This document shows, piece by piece, positions 13,896 to 27,509 of a DNA stretch of 64,000 nt (position 1 is the stretch's first letter; the number at the start of each line of letters is the position of its first letter). A program made the translations under genes and the position numbers. This DNA is from Podarcis vaucheri (Eukaryota), in assembly GCA_965113315.1 (NCBI GenBank), contig OZ220372.1; one strand, given 5' to 3'. The notes under the pieces were generated by a model, which was not told where the DNA came from, searched no databases, and saw nothing but the letters and a program-made list of their open reading frames with translations.

Positions 13896-15587
13896 ACAGG
13901 GTTGCTGTATACTGGCTGTGGTTGTCTGATCTACCCTTTCCTCTGAAGCAGCTGCAGTTTTGGTGCACCAGGTAGCTTATTCTGCCAGCTGTCAGAAACA
14001 TCTGCTTCCTTCCTATGTTCTTCAAACCAAAAAATGGAAGCTGTTAAGGAAGTTGTGGCCTTTTCCCACCCATCTCATTGTGTGTCTCCCATACCTGGTC
14101 TTGGCTAGGGCACAAAAGGGCCACTTAGCCTTAGCCTTCCCTACTGTGGTAAAATATATTTCTATGGAAATGATAGCAATTATTTCTACATTTTCATCTA
14201 TACATCTAAATTATCACATGCAAATGTTATGCATATATGGCATTGCATTGTGGCTTTCCTCCCTACTGATTCCTGCTTTACCCAGATCTTCCAAATTATC
14301 CTCCCCTGCAACACCGTCCCTCGGCTCTGATTATTACTGAGATGGGATGCCACTCGTATGATATGCCATTATTTTGCTTTCCACCTTCTTCTGCCTGTTA
14401 CCAAGGAGAGAAGATGGTTAATATATTCCAAACATCTTTATGGTTATTAAAATGAGCCTGTCAGCACCTCTTTAAAAGCGATTATGTTACTTTGATTTTC
14501 CTCAGTTCTTAAAATAATGCAATTCTTGAACACAGCTTAAAGCATTTATTGCAAAATCTTTAAATAGACTAAATACTGACAAGAACATTTATTTCCCACT
14601 AAATACAGTCTCTTGTGATTTACAATTTAGGCATGATATGTGTTATTCAAAAACAGTCTCTCTGATTGCCATGCACTATGACATTGGAATAACCTTCAAT
14701 TATTAATTGTGACATTTCAGGCCAACATAAAATATCAATATACTATATATAGTAGCAGTGTGCAGGCTATGTGAGCTTGGCTAAAATCAGCCGTGCTGGT
14801 GAAATAAGTCCATTTTATTCCTTTCGCAACATCTAGTGACAGATATACTGTACAATCTGCTAAGAGATACTGTGTCTGAAGGCTACTATTTCTTTTGGTG
14901 TAATGGCTTGCTGTGGTGTCTGGATTCTGTCTTCAGTGTAATCATGCAAACATTTTCCGAGAGGATAAAATTAACCTGTGTCAATTCCATGTTGTGAAAG
15001 TTGAACCTTGGCTATTTCTGGAGCAGTTTTTATTATAATCCTGGTAGAAGAACCTGCCAGAGTAATACAAAACTAAAATAACATACTTTCAACTGTTTAT
15101 AAAGTTTTCTCAGAAATTTCAAAATCACTGTTAATGAAGAAGCATAATACATTCAACAACTCTTCGCAAGGCCCAATCATAATTCTGGTAGGCTCTGAAT
15201 TTACTTATTAGGGTTGTTGTTGTTTTGTTGTTGTTTTAAAAAGAGAGATCACTTTTTAAGAAAAATTGCAGAATCTTAATGGCTTGGTCCCCTAGGCATT
15301 TTAAAATGTTTTAATGTTTACACACATGCCCTGCTTGCTATTGACTAATTATTAGGACAGCAATATTAATTAATTACAGTGGATAAAGTTGACTAGTGCA
15401 GCTTCGTTGACATAATGGCAATGTACTGTGAAATGCTGGGCTATGAGATTTTTATGAGGACAGTGCCGTGGTTTTCTGCAAGTATCTTCTCTAGTTGTGT
15501 TGTTTATGTGAGTAAGCTGCTGATGGCATGACCTAGTATTTGAACAGGTTAGCTACAGAAAACAGCGTCAGCTAGCTCCAAGTCTCC

Positions 15588-15588
<1 letters not shown>

Positions 15589-15618
<30 letters not shown>
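15589..15618. repeat. (GTT)n microsatellite at the 3' end of a decayed minus-strand L2-like fragment (to about 15870)
   Basis: Direct reading; the adjacent sequence resembles 42060-42210. Confidence 0.7.
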
Positions 15619-17169
15619 AAGTGCCTGCCTTTCCAGCCTAATGTCCCAGACCAGGTTACTACAATTAAAGCACAGTGTTCAAAAAAGTTTAAAAGAATTC
15701 ACAATCACAGAAATAAGGTGGGTTCTAAAAATATCCATCTCAAGTGTCAAACACAAGGTATAGAAGGGTGACTTCTGCATTCGCCAAAAGCTGTATGAAG
15801 AAGATTCTAGAGTTCACAACTCAGGGGCTGCTACAGAGAATGCCCTTTCCTTGGCCACCCCACCCCAAGTTTCTGAGGGCAGTGGAAAAAGCAATAGGGC
15901 CCCCTCTACCAATCTTCACACCTGAAAGGGTCAGAAACAACTACAGTGCAATATTCTGAAGTAAATAGTTCACCAGAAAGATGATTAAAAAGGAGATTCC
16001 TTAATCTCAGTAGTGGCACTTTTGAACACCAGTGATAGGGATTTGGTTGGCCAGGATGGAGCTTCTAAAAAACAAAACCCATGGGAAACAGCAGAGCAGC
16101 TTATTACTGAAATAATGGTATCACATCATATAGCCATATCAAAGAAGCTGACCCATCAGCAGCAATGAGCAAATGGAATAGGGGATGCCCTAAACTTCTA
16201 TGCTGTGTCATATATTAGCCAGCATGTTGACGTTTTTGCCCGTCTGCTAATCCAAGTTGCTTTTGCATCGGCTGGTTGCAAAGGCACTTTTACTGGAGGT
16301 CTGAGGTTTACCATAGATCTAGACAAGGAGGTGGTCTTCTAAGTATCTTCAACTCAAGCCATTTGGGGAATGGGGACTGCTTTATTTTATTTCTGGAAAC
16401 AAAGCAATTAACCTAAGGCTATTAAGTCCAGAGTTTACCTAGGCAACAAGAGCTGCAAGAGCAGTGGGAGAGCTTGCACACCATATGTTTTGCTACCTAG
16501 TCACCTGCAGAGAGCTAAGGAGGCAGCAGCAGCTCTAAGCCGAGACTTGATGTACCTTGATGTACGTCCCATTTTTTAAAACTTTGTAAATTTTTAAAAC
16601 TTTGTAAATTCTAGCTGTAATACTGACATATGGTATTTTTATGTGGACTTCTATCCTCAGAGGTATACTTAAGGAATGCAAGTCTAGCAATCAGAAGAAG
16701 TCCAAACTGTGTGCCACCTTGAAATGTCTAAAGTATTTAGAAAACAGCTATGCACAATTTAGTACCGAAATATTCATAGCCTAAGTAATACTTCAACGCT
16801 ATTCCTCTATGTATAACAAAAACCTTTAGTTATAAATACCTTATGAGTTATTTGCAACTTCTACTATATTACTAACATGTAAAATAGTTTACATAGCAAC
16901 ATGTAAGAACTGTTTTTATTACTAACATTAATATATTTTGTTCTGACTGCACATGATAATAACCCACCTATGAAAATCATGTTACAGATCAGGCGTTAGA
17001 ACCTACAAAGAACCGAGACTCAAGACTGCTCTCAAAAATTAAAACAGATGCAGATATAAAACACACGTAGCTAAAAGTATACAAAAGGCTATGGTTTAAA
17101 GGCAATTAAATTATATATGGAATTAACCACAGTGATATATCTCTTAAAATGCAGATAGAAAAAACCAAA

Positions 17170-17880
17170 ACAAAACCAGCCCTATCGAGCCCTTTCCCTA
17201 AAAGCACCCAGTTCCCAAAAGCCTGGTGGAATAAAAGAGTCTTCACTGCCAATGGAAGGAGAAGAAGGAGGGAGCTGGTCTAGCTTCTCTGGGAAGAGAG
17301 TTCCAAAGTCTGGGAGCAGCCACCAAGAAGGCTGTCTCCCGCATTCCCACCTAATGTGGCTGCGGTGCAAGACTTGGGTATGAGGTCACCCCCTGCACAG
17401 CCAGAATTTGACACTTTCTCCCAACCCTTGCGCTGCCTTCCCAAAGGTGGGTAAGGAGGCACCTAGCTTTGGGAAGGAGGCATGGGGGCTTTGACCAGGG
17501 TCCTGAAGCCTTCCCATCCCCTCTCCAAACCTGGGAAAGTGCTAACTAAGCTTTGGGAAGGAGGTAGGAGGAATCGAGGACCCTGTCAGAGCCCTCACGC
17601 CTCCTTCCAAAAGCCCAGCTCCTCTATTACCCCTCAACTCATCGCCCAGTGCATGTTGACTGCTCACAGAGCCCTAAATCCTGTGCGAGCATGTGAGGGT
17701 GATGGGAGATCTCTGAGCCCAGGCAGGTTTCTATGGAAGAATACAGTTCCCCAGATAGTTTGGACCTAAGCTATATAGGGCTTTATAGGTCATAACCAGC
17801 ACTTTGAATTGTGCTTGAAAATAGCTGGCAGCCAGTGGAGTTGTAACAAGGGAGTCATGTGCTCACTGTAACCAGCCCTG
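17170..17880 (-). mobile_element. L2-clade LINE 3' fragment interrupted by an insert at about 17390-17690
   Basis: Minus strand gives LHWLP..FKVLVMTYKALYSLGPNYL (17730-17840) and AFLVAAPRLWNSLP (17290-17335), typical of the L2 ORF2 C-terminus. Confidence 0.7.
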
Positions 17881-19593
17881 TAAGTCATGTGAATCTTACA
17901 CCAACGTAATAGCGTATACGATCAATCACACATAAGATTCCCTTTACTAATATGAAACTACTGCTGGCCTAATACAGCTCCTTTGCTCTAGGACACACCT
18001 CTTCTACATATTGCTCAATACATAGCATACTTTTAATTTACCTCACCATATCTGTTTTGACTGTTTGATATACAGATCTAGAGATAGGTGTAAAAGTACA
18101 ATATCATTAAAGAGCTGAATACCTAGCATATCCAAATGCCTCTCAAACCTCAGGGGATGTCTAGAATCTCAATAAAATTCCAGAACCTATACACTACTGT
18201 GCCTGAATGGTTCAGCACTATCAAAGTTTATTTCATGTAATACAAAACAAAGCATTGTCAGTACAGAGCACATTGGTTAAATGGCAATGCCATTTTGTGG
18301 TTTCAAAGGCACACCTAAGTACAGAATTTGTCAATTTGTGACTTCCAGATTATTGAATTCATAATGGGTCTGATTATTCAAAAGGTGAAGCAGGGACACA
18401 GAAGGACCAGTATTTTCTAAAATATTCATTTTACTTCTCTCCCCCCCCCTTTGGCAGAAGAGTTATGCACATGGAACAGCAGCTAAATACATGGATGTGT
18501 ATAGCCGTGTCAGTTTATAAACATGTTTCATGGTATAAAATGGATACTTGCACAATTCCTGACCCTTAGATCCACAGAAGCCATTTATTAGGCCATCCAT
18601 TATGGGAATAACATAGTAGCATGATTGTCTCCCCTGTGATTCCTTCCTTGCCAGCTGACTTCTAAGTCCCTTCAATAGGCCAATGACAAATATGGATACT
18701 GTCAGCTACTGACTGGATGCTCTGCATCTGTGTTTAGCTCAGAAACTGTGTGTATGTAGATAGAAGGGATGAGAGGGCTCCTTAAAAGCTTCACCATTAA
18801 AAGACTAACAATGGTTGTGGTTTGAACTTTCTTATGTTCTGACATATCTACACATTAGCATATGCACTCTTTCATCTCCCCATCGTCACCTTCCTTGGAT
18901 AGGCTGTGTACGATGATAATGCCCATGAAATGACAGGCCAAAAGACACCAATTTGAGAAAGCTGCTGCTTGATTTTTCATAATAAAACCCCCATGAACAC
19001 TGCATATTTCAACACGTTCTGCTGCCAACTTTATCTGTCTTGTGTTTTTCTTTCGCTTTTCTCTGGGGAAAGCTCCTCTACGGAGCAATTTTCCGTCTGC
19101 TTTAGAAGCCAAAGGCTTGCTAATAAACACTGTTGTCCTCAACATTACTGCTAGAAATAACAACAGCAGCGATACAAAAGCCCTGCAGTTTGTTAGACGG
19201 CAAAAGCCTGAGACATTAGTTACCTATTATCACAGCTCTTGTGAGTACAAAAAAAGTCCCATCAGGATCCAGAAACTGAGGCAGATTCCTATGGTTTTTG
19301 TCCATGTTCTGTAAACAGCACTTACCACATCAACAGCAAATGTTTATTTGTTACGTTTGTATCCCATGTCTCTCCAAGGAGCCCAGAGCTTCACAAGGAA
19401 CCAGAGAGGTTGGTGATGCTGAGAGCACTCACTAGACTTCATGGGGGGGGGGATTAGGGCTCAATTGACCCCATATCCGACTCAATGCTGTACCACTACC
19501 ACACACTGACTGGCTGTCGTCTGTTGTGGGGTCTTGCCAAAAGAGAGACCAGGTGGATCAATGGTCGAGAGAAAAGGGGCTAGAATATTTAGA

Positions 19594-19765
19594 TAGAATC
19601 ATAGAATCATAGAGTTGGAAGAGACCACAAGGGCCATCAAGTCCAACCCCCTGCCAAGCACTCCTGACATATGGTTGTCAAGCCTCTGCTTAAAGACCTC
19701 CAAAGAAGGAGACTCCACCACAGTCCTTGGCAGCAAATTCCACTGTCGAACATCTCTTACTGTTT
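19594..19765 (-). mobile_element. CR1 LINE 3' end
   Basis: TAGAATCATAGAATCATAGAGTTGGAAGAGACC...AGTCCAACCCCCTGCC; homologous to 10703-10985. Confidence 0.8.
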
Positions 19766-20890
19766 CAGCATTCAAACATCTTAAGAACAGACCTCTCTGT
19801 TCTTCTGTGTAAATCCATCATTTGTAACTGTCTTGTTCTTGCTAAAATGACCAATGCAAAGCTGCAGGATGTTCTCATTTATTTAATAGAAAAGGAAGCT
19901 GCCAATTTTACAATTAGCATCTACACCCACATGAGGAACTAGATGTCTGTTATGATCAGCCAACTGGTGAAACTTTTCTTCCCCCAGAGAAAATAGCAGC
20001 AAATCGACTTGACTGCGTGGCTTTCCACAATAGATGACTGGTTTCACCCATGGATGCTGCTATCTTATGGCGAGATACGTAGCCTCCATGCTTAACTTGA
20101 CCATCCAGAAGGGATGTCTGGGTCCTATACCACAAATAATCACGACGTAGCAGGTGTATGAAACACAAGGCAGCTGTTTCCCAGCTTGTTTAAAACCATA
20201 CCGTGTGTGTGTGTGTTTTTACACTCTTTTTACAAATTTGAATAAGTTGAAATTATGCAGCGATAAACATATGTGTCCTTAACATAGTTGTGGGAGATTT
20301 TCTCAAGGAGCTGCATAAATATGTCTCCAAAATTAGTCTTTAAGTAATCACAAATGTTCCTTAAATGTTTCAAACTTTTACAATATTTAATAAAACTTTT
20401 ATTTCACTCCAACTGTTCTTGGGATGTACTAACATGAAACGTTTCTATGGTCACCCAAGGATTATTGCTTGACCCACTTTTGCTTCGTAGTAGAAGAGGC
20501 TGAGATTGATTGCCTGCAGCACCCAGCCTTGATCCTATTTATGGAAGGTTTATAAGCTTCTGGAGAGGTTGCCATGTTCTGTTCCTGGGGGGAAGAGAGT
20601 GTTGCACAGAAGGAGACAAAGTTAAAAGGTTTTTGTTTGAGCATAGCTTTTAAAATGCCGCCATATCAGGATGTGAAAAGGAATATTTGTGGTTGGGTTG
20701 AAGCAAGGGCAGATTTAGAGTGTGCTCCATAGGGTCCAGCTGCCAGCTGAGAATGTGTTGAGTTTTTCTCAAAAGGGTTGATGACACAAATAATCATGGT
20801 GGCAAGGTGCCATGATATACTAAATAATTAGTATATTAAATAGAGCTAGTGTACAGGTGGTTTCATAGGTTTATAATTGCATGTACATAT

Positions 20891-21140
20891 TAGACTCCAA
20901 TACTTTAGCCACCTCATGAGAAGAGAAGACTCCCTGGAAAAGACCTTGATGTTGAGAAAGATTGAGGGCACAAGGAGAAGGGGACAACAGAGGACGAGAT
21001 GGTTGGACAGTGTTCTCGAAGCTACCAACATGAGTCTGACCAAACTGCGGGAGGCAGTGGAAGACAGGAGTGCCTGGCATGCTCTGGTCCATGGGGTCAC
21101 AAAGAGTTGGACCTGACTAAATGACTAAACAACAAAAACA
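20891..21140 (+). mobile_element. BovB (RTE clade) LINE 3' fragment
   Basis: RLQYFSHLMRREDSLEKTLML.KIEG.RRRGQQRTRWLD...WHALVHGVTKS, then GACTAAACAACAA tail. Confidence 0.9.
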
Positions 21141-21499
21141 AATGTAGTTTCCCTACTCATTCTGAAGCATCAAGGGCAACAGCAAGAGAGATGGCTTTTT
21201 CAGCAGTGGCCCCCCATTTGTGGAACACTTTCCTCAAAGAGGATCACCTGGCACCTACCTAAGTACCATTTTGGTATCAATACCTTTATTTTCTTCTAGA
21301 CCTTTTAATGATTTTAGAGAATCTCTTGCTAGTTTAATGCTTTTAACGTTATGTACTTTGGTTTTCTGCTCGTCTGACTGTGTTTGTTTTTTCTGCTCAC
21401 AGGGGTGGAGTTTTAAGTAAGGTTTTCTTTTTACTTTGTTTGATCTGCTAGCTGTCGGGTTTCTTTCGTTTATTAATAGTTGTTTTGGTTGTTTCTGGT

Positions 21500-21755
21500 G
21501 AGAGCCAGTGTGGTGTAGTGGTTAAGAGTGGTAGTCACGTAATCTGGGTAACCGGGTTCGCGTCTCCGCTCCTCCACATGCAGCTGCTGGGTGACCTTGG
21601 GCCAGTCACACTTCTTTGAAGTCTCTCAGCCCCACTCACCTCACAGAGTGTTTGTTGTGGGGGAGGAAGGGAAAGGAGATTGTTAGCCGCTTTGAGACTC
21701 CTGAAGGGGAGTGAAAGGCGGGATATCAAATCCAAACTCTTCTTCTTCTTCTTCT
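21500..21755 (+). mobile_element. tRNA-derived SINE, Squam3-like
   Basis: A box TGGTGTAGTGG, B box GGTTCGCGTCT, CORE-like GGGTGACCTTGGGCCAGTCAC, L2-like 3' end (AGCCGCTTTGAG) and (TCT)n tail. Confidence 0.85.
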
Positions 21756-22560
21756 ATTTACCAGTCTTGCTGTATATTCCCTGGAGAATTTGGCATATGT
21801 TGACAAATGCATTTGAAAAATGACAATGTATTTTTTGCATCCCCTCCCCCATATTTTCCATGTTTTTTTTATTGTGGTCTATGGTCTGGAGACTATTGGT
21901 TTTGAACTGATTGATTGGAAAATATTTGTTAAATATTTATAACTTAAATATTTATAAGTGTCTTATAGGAAAGGGAAAGAAGAAATCAAGAAAAGAATAG
22001 AAGACAATCTGAGAATTCCTTTATCTTTTATTATCATGCAAGAGATTAATTTCAGCAGATGCAGCTTCTCTTATCCCTTCATGGAAAGTGCACCTATTGA
22101 AATTAATAGTGGTGCAGGATAAGGAAAGATACAGAAGCTTTATCCTCCCTTGCATCTGGTCACTGGACATTGCACCAAAAGAAAGTGCTATGTGAGCAGA
22201 GTGACTGTGGGAAATCAAGGAGCAGGAAACCAAAGTTGATAAGTAGCAAGTTATTTTCCTGTAGTCTGGAAGAGTAAAGGCTCAGAATGCAGAAATTTAA
22301 CAAGAAATGAGGATGAATAGAACATTAATAGGCTTTGGAGGAGGGAGTCTATCAAGGCATAAGAGCCAACTCCTAGGGGCTGAGGTCCTTTCAGCACAAT
22401 CAAATATTTGAAGAAGCTGGTCCCTTAAAGCCATTCAAATAGTGTGCAAACACCGTGTATTGTGATTGATTATGTGGGGTGGGACTTACCTGTCCCCTCC
22501 CCCAATATTTTATTCAAGTTGGCAACCCCCGTATCAAGGAATCTATAGCAAATACCGGTA

Positions 22561-22799
22561 CAGTGGTACCTCGGATTACATACGATTCAGGTTACATACA
22601 CCTCAGGTTACAGACTCTGCTAACCCAGAAATAGTGCTTCAGGTTAAGAACTTTGCTTCAGGATGAGAACAGAAATCGTGCTCCGGTGGTGCAGCAGCAG
22701 GAGGCCCCATTAGCTAAAGTGGTGCTTCAGGTTAAGAACAGTTTCAGGTTAAGTACGGACCTCCGGAACAAATTAAGTACTTAACCCAAGGTACCACTG
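22561..22799. mobile_element. Tigger/pogo-like MITE, same family as 11028-11259, opposite orientation
   Basis: CAGTGGTACCT / AGGTACCACTG TIRs, TA TSD, repeated TTCAGGTTA. Confidence 0.9.
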
Positions 22800-23406
22800 T
22801 AGATCCTTTGAGTAGGGGATCTCTGGATATGGATTTGAGGACATTCTGCAACAGAGATATAAAAGTAGGAGTCCCAGGGAGGGCCAAAGTGAAAAAGTAA
22901 CCTAATCCTTTTGAAAATGAAATGATAAGGATTAATCAGGCTTCAGTATCCCCTCCTGCTTATTGACTGAGACAGGAGAAAACTAAGGATTGTCTTAAAA
23001 TTGGAAAAATACATTCTTGAAACTACGGCGATTCTGAATTACTGCTGCCAAGCTTTAGTCAGTTAAAGCAAAGAAGGGTGTGACGTGTAAAGAACTTAAT
23101 GCAAGAACTCCTGATAGCAAAGAACTTAACATACATTTCAAACTCAGCTGCTTTCACTGTGGTTTACCTGCACCACGCACAGTGGAATGTGCATGGATAG
23201 CTCTGTCCCCTTGACATCAGGATGTGTGCTGGCATTAGTACTGACCCAGTTTGTGATTGGCTGAGTCTGAAAGGGACCACCCCCTCACCCGTAGGGCTTC
23301 CAGCACAGGAGCAAGTACTCTGAGCTCCAATCTCAGCTTTGAAAACCCTGGCTGATTATGTGAAAGTGTCACCTCTCGCAAGCATGTCATGAAAGGGGAG
23401 CCTCTG

Positions 23407-23500
23407 CTTCAGGTTAAGAGCTTCAGGATGAGAACAGAAACCGTGCTCCGGCGGTGCAGCAGCAGCAGGAGGCCCCATTAGCTAAAGTGGTGCTTTCAGG
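23407..23500. mobile_element. TIR-less internal fragment of the same MITE
   Basis: Near-identical to 22636-22731 (gcttcaggatgagaacagaaa...ggaggccccattagctaaagtggtgctt). Confidence 0.8.
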
Positions 23501-24360
23501 CATATTTGGAACAATGCCTGAAAAGTACTAGATCTGTTCCTGACCATTAAGGTTTGTAAAATGAAAGCAATAATCCAAAAAAGCAATATAGTTTGAGATT
23601 GCTTGTCGTGTTTTGAAAGCGGCATTACATCAACTGCCCTTCACAGGTGAAACGTTTGTATGTAGGAACTACGGTAATAATTATCACTATTAAATCATCC
23701 AATGTAACTCAGTATAGAATGAAGTGGTGAATATGCCCTGAAGGCTTGATCAGCACAGCTTAGTTGTATGATGACTGTGATTATATAAGACAAATGCAGG
23801 AAGAGATTAACATCAGTGACATCTGACCGCTTCATATTAAGTGCTTTTAATTACACTGTTCTCACCAAAGTAATTGCTCTATAAATAGATACTTAAGTAC
23901 AGGTTTGTTACATGCAACTAACCATACAGGATACTAGCAATTTTCTTAATTGGTTAACATATAAAAGATATGCCAGAACAATTATGTACCTGGTAAATTT
24001 CTCCCAAAAGGTGTTAACTCTAGGTACTTCTTGTGTAACGAGTTGGCTGAACATAAATTAACTATGGTTGTCAGGTACAGTAAGTTTCTTAAAATACACC
24101 TGGCTTCAGTCTTATAATGGGCTTTTGCTAAATACTGTAGAAACTTCAAGTGTGTTTTTCTTGGTTGTGGCCAATGTGTTTTTTAATGAAATGCCTTTTT
24201 GAAATTATTCTGAATGTATGTTTTTAGTTCTTTGTTTTTGTTTGTGAATCACCTATTTAAATTTATGTTGATAATCCTGTGCAACACATATGATTGTTTG
24301 CAATCCTGTACACATTTAAGTGGGAGTAAGTTCCACTCAACTCGGTATAGTTTAGTTGCA

Positions 24361-25095
24361 TGTTCAGATCCCGAGACCTCCCTCCTTAAATAAAGACACA
24401 TTTGACTCAAATTTTAGTTTCAGTTTTTGGCAGAATATAGGCCACAACTTTATTGATTACAGAAAAGTGAGTGGTTGCATAGGCTCTGGTTCGACTAGCT
24501 CCCTGCACCCTTGCAGGTAGCTCCAACCCAAGAGATCTATCGTAGGTCAGCCAAGGGTGAACACCTGAAAAAGGTGAAAAGCCTGGGAGCAGACTCTGTT
24601 CACTCCCCAGATGCTCCCCTGGGCTCAGGCATGGGCGCAACCCCCTTTTGGGGGTTGACCAAACCAAGTTGAGTCCCTGGATTCCTTTAGGGATGGCGAG
24701 ACCGTTCTCCCAGCCCTCTCACCATAAACCAGTGCCTATCCACAATCTTACAAGTAGTGACGATTTGCTACGCAGCAGGTGGCCTCAGTGAAGTGGGAAA
24801 ATTCCTGCCATGCCCCTGTCCCAACGACAGACGACACACGACGGCATAACAAGGTCAAATGCAAAATACCCTAAATATAGGGAGAGGTGGGCGGGTGTTC
24901 CGATGCATGAGCCAAAAGAGGAAGCTCTGGGTGATGTGCATGGGTTTATATATATATAGGCCCCTTGATCTATTTGTACTGGAAACCATTGGCCAGATTG
25001 AACCCATCATCGAGGGGCCTCCAATCGGGCATTGTGGCTATCCAAATGACCCTACCCACAACCAAGAGGTAAGTCTCATAGATCTCATCGCAACA
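24361..25095 (-). mobile_element. Probable solo LTR
   Basis: TGTTcaGAT ... ATCgcAACA inverted termini; on the minus strand a CCAAT box (24988-24992), a TATA run (about 24945-24958) and AATAAA (24449-24454) in U3-R-U5 order; GC/CpG richer than flanks. No clean TSD. Confidence 0.55.
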
Positions 25096-26957
25096 CGTGC
25101 ACTCTTTGAAGGAGGACATGATTTCTCAGTAAAAATTACTTTGGTGAAAATAGATATGTTTAGGATTGCACTGTAAAGGAACGATAGGCTGTTTCCACCA
25201 CTCTCTCCAGTGCAAGGGCTCTTCTTGCACTAGCAGATGAGTGTGTTTTCAAGTTGCTGAACAGAGGAATCCAAACAACAGTTGCACTAGTGGAAACTCA
25301 TTACCCAAGAGATTGTGTAATTTGTTGTGCAACAGAATTACCAGCAACCTCCTTACGTGCTCTGTTGTGCAATAGCATTCTACTGTCACCAAATATTTTG
25401 CCAGCAGAATAGCTGTACTGCTAAATAACTTAGTGCTATGCTGTGTCATTATAGAAAATTAGGCATTATTTTTGAGTGGTCCTGAATTCTATTTCTACTG
25501 TTGATGTGCTAAAAAATATCCACTATGCATAATTTAGCTCTCAACTTGTTTAGCATTCAAATGTGGCATGAAATGTTGCATTTTCTTTTATACAAAACAT
25601 CAGCATTCAATATGTGTGCTTACTTTGGATGTTAGCATAAAACCATTGAATAGTTAAAAACTACTGCATAAATTAAAGCTGGATAAGTAACATCTGTAAC
25701 AATACTCCTGGACCTTTAAACAGCTTTTAATATTGCTAATTATGCTACTGTGGTATGCTTCTGAAGCATCTTGCCTGAATTGGATCAGGGAACACTGTGA
25801 TATGACAATGACAATTCCAACAGCCTTCCTATAGGGTAGCACAGGGGTTGATACTTCCTCCATCTTTTTTGTTTTCATTGTGCATATGAAAACAAAGAAC
25901 ACATTTTCATTATGCACACCACATACTCAGGTGTGTGTGTGTGTGTGTGTGTTGTTTAACACACCCAATTCATGTCAGAAACTTTTTTTTAAGGGTCCTC
26001 CCAAAATTTGGGCTTGGAAGACATCACTGTGATAATATCACCCAGCTCTTTCTCTCATTTCTATTATCTGATCCTGGCAGGGATGGGAGTTAGTGTATGG
26101 GGATGGAGTGGATGAAGATAAATAAATGGAAGGTTAATCTAGACAAAATGGAGGTACTATAATTTGAGGAAATGTAGTAGAAGGGCTGGAGCTCAGCGGC
26201 AGAGCATCTACCTTGCAGTATTCAGCATCTCCAGGTAGAAGCAAACTCTGAAAACAATTGTATTTCAATGGGCTTTTTAAAAATCGTCATCATCATCTGG
26301 CTTTTAGCGCATTTTAAAACTGATGGCAGCTTTTAAATCATTCCTGTTTTACAGCAGTGTTTTGTTTTGCTTATTGCATTTTAAAACCTTGTGAGCCATG
26401 CTGAGTATGTTTTGATATAGAATTGAGGGATAATGTATTATATAAATAAATGAAAGAATATTTCCTGGATAGAATTGTCTGTTAGCATTCCATCTTTGTT
26501 CCAGGTTAGCTATCACGTTTTAGAAAACAGTGTTTCTGTGCTGGAAACCACGGGGTGGGGGTCCTGCTTGTGGGTTTCCTACAGACATCTGGTTGGCCAC
26601 TGTGAGAACAGGACGCTGGACATAGATGGGCTTGATCCAGAAGGAACCTATGTTGCTGCTGATGAAATGGTTTCAGCCTGGTGGTTTGTTGGGCTGGGAA
26701 TGAGCCATGCCTATGTGATACCCTTTCCTCTCCTGATTGAACCATATATAATGAAATGATCTTCCCAGCAATGTCTGAACGTCTCACCAGACACAGGAGG
26801 ACAATTAAAGGCACAATGAAAAGAGACACCTTCCAAGGAGTGTGGACCCCTTTAATTAACTATGTTAATGACCAAAATCAAATAAGACCTTGTCATACCA
26901 ACTGCTCAGTCTTTGCAGTGGAGAGGCTACGTTAAATAATACATTTGAACATTGAAT

Positions 26958-27509
26958 TGTCAGCATCGCCCTAGAGCCAGTGCACCAACTGGACTCATGC
27001 ACCTCAACCCCGACTGGGCTAGGCGAGCTGGGTAGCACCGCCAGAGACCTCCTTTCCCACAGAAACAGGTCACGGTGCTGTGGACTCACAGCTTAGAGCT
27101 GAGAGCACCAGATTCACTGTCTCAATAATACAGTCGTTGCGCAGCAGAGTTTTGCAGAGTCTTGCAGAGTATAAACCACTCGGAGAGCAGCTCTGTAGAA
27201 TATCTTCCTTTTATTCTGTAACTACAACTATGATACAAAACTATATACAGTGCTGAATATTCTAAGCATAAATCAATGCTACACTGAGAGTCTGCAGCTG
27301 CACTTAGCAGCAATCTTATCTCTAGGATCTCCAACACTCTCACTTTCTCCGATACACTGACTGACTGACTCTCTCTCACACACACAGAGATGTTGCTGGG
27401 CAGAATAAGTAGATAGGCAGGACACGCCTCCTCCTCTCTGGAGAGTCAGCAGAGACCATCAGGAGATCATCAGGAGATTCTTGGGTATGGGAGGGGTGAA
27501 ATCACCTCA
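26958..27509. mobile_element. Possible solo LTR
   Basis: TG...CA bounded by 5-bp direct repeat TGAAT (26953-26957 and 27510-27514); GC-richer segment. The right boundary could be coincidental. Confidence 0.45.

Noticed and set aside
16572-16610. Short tandem duplications (19-bp unit here; also 43930-43978)
   Set aside because: Ordinary slippage duplications.
18850-19250. Repeat-free segments that look like conserved non-coding elements (also about 12400-12620 and 14420-14830)
   Set aside because: Conservation cannot be shown from one sequence.
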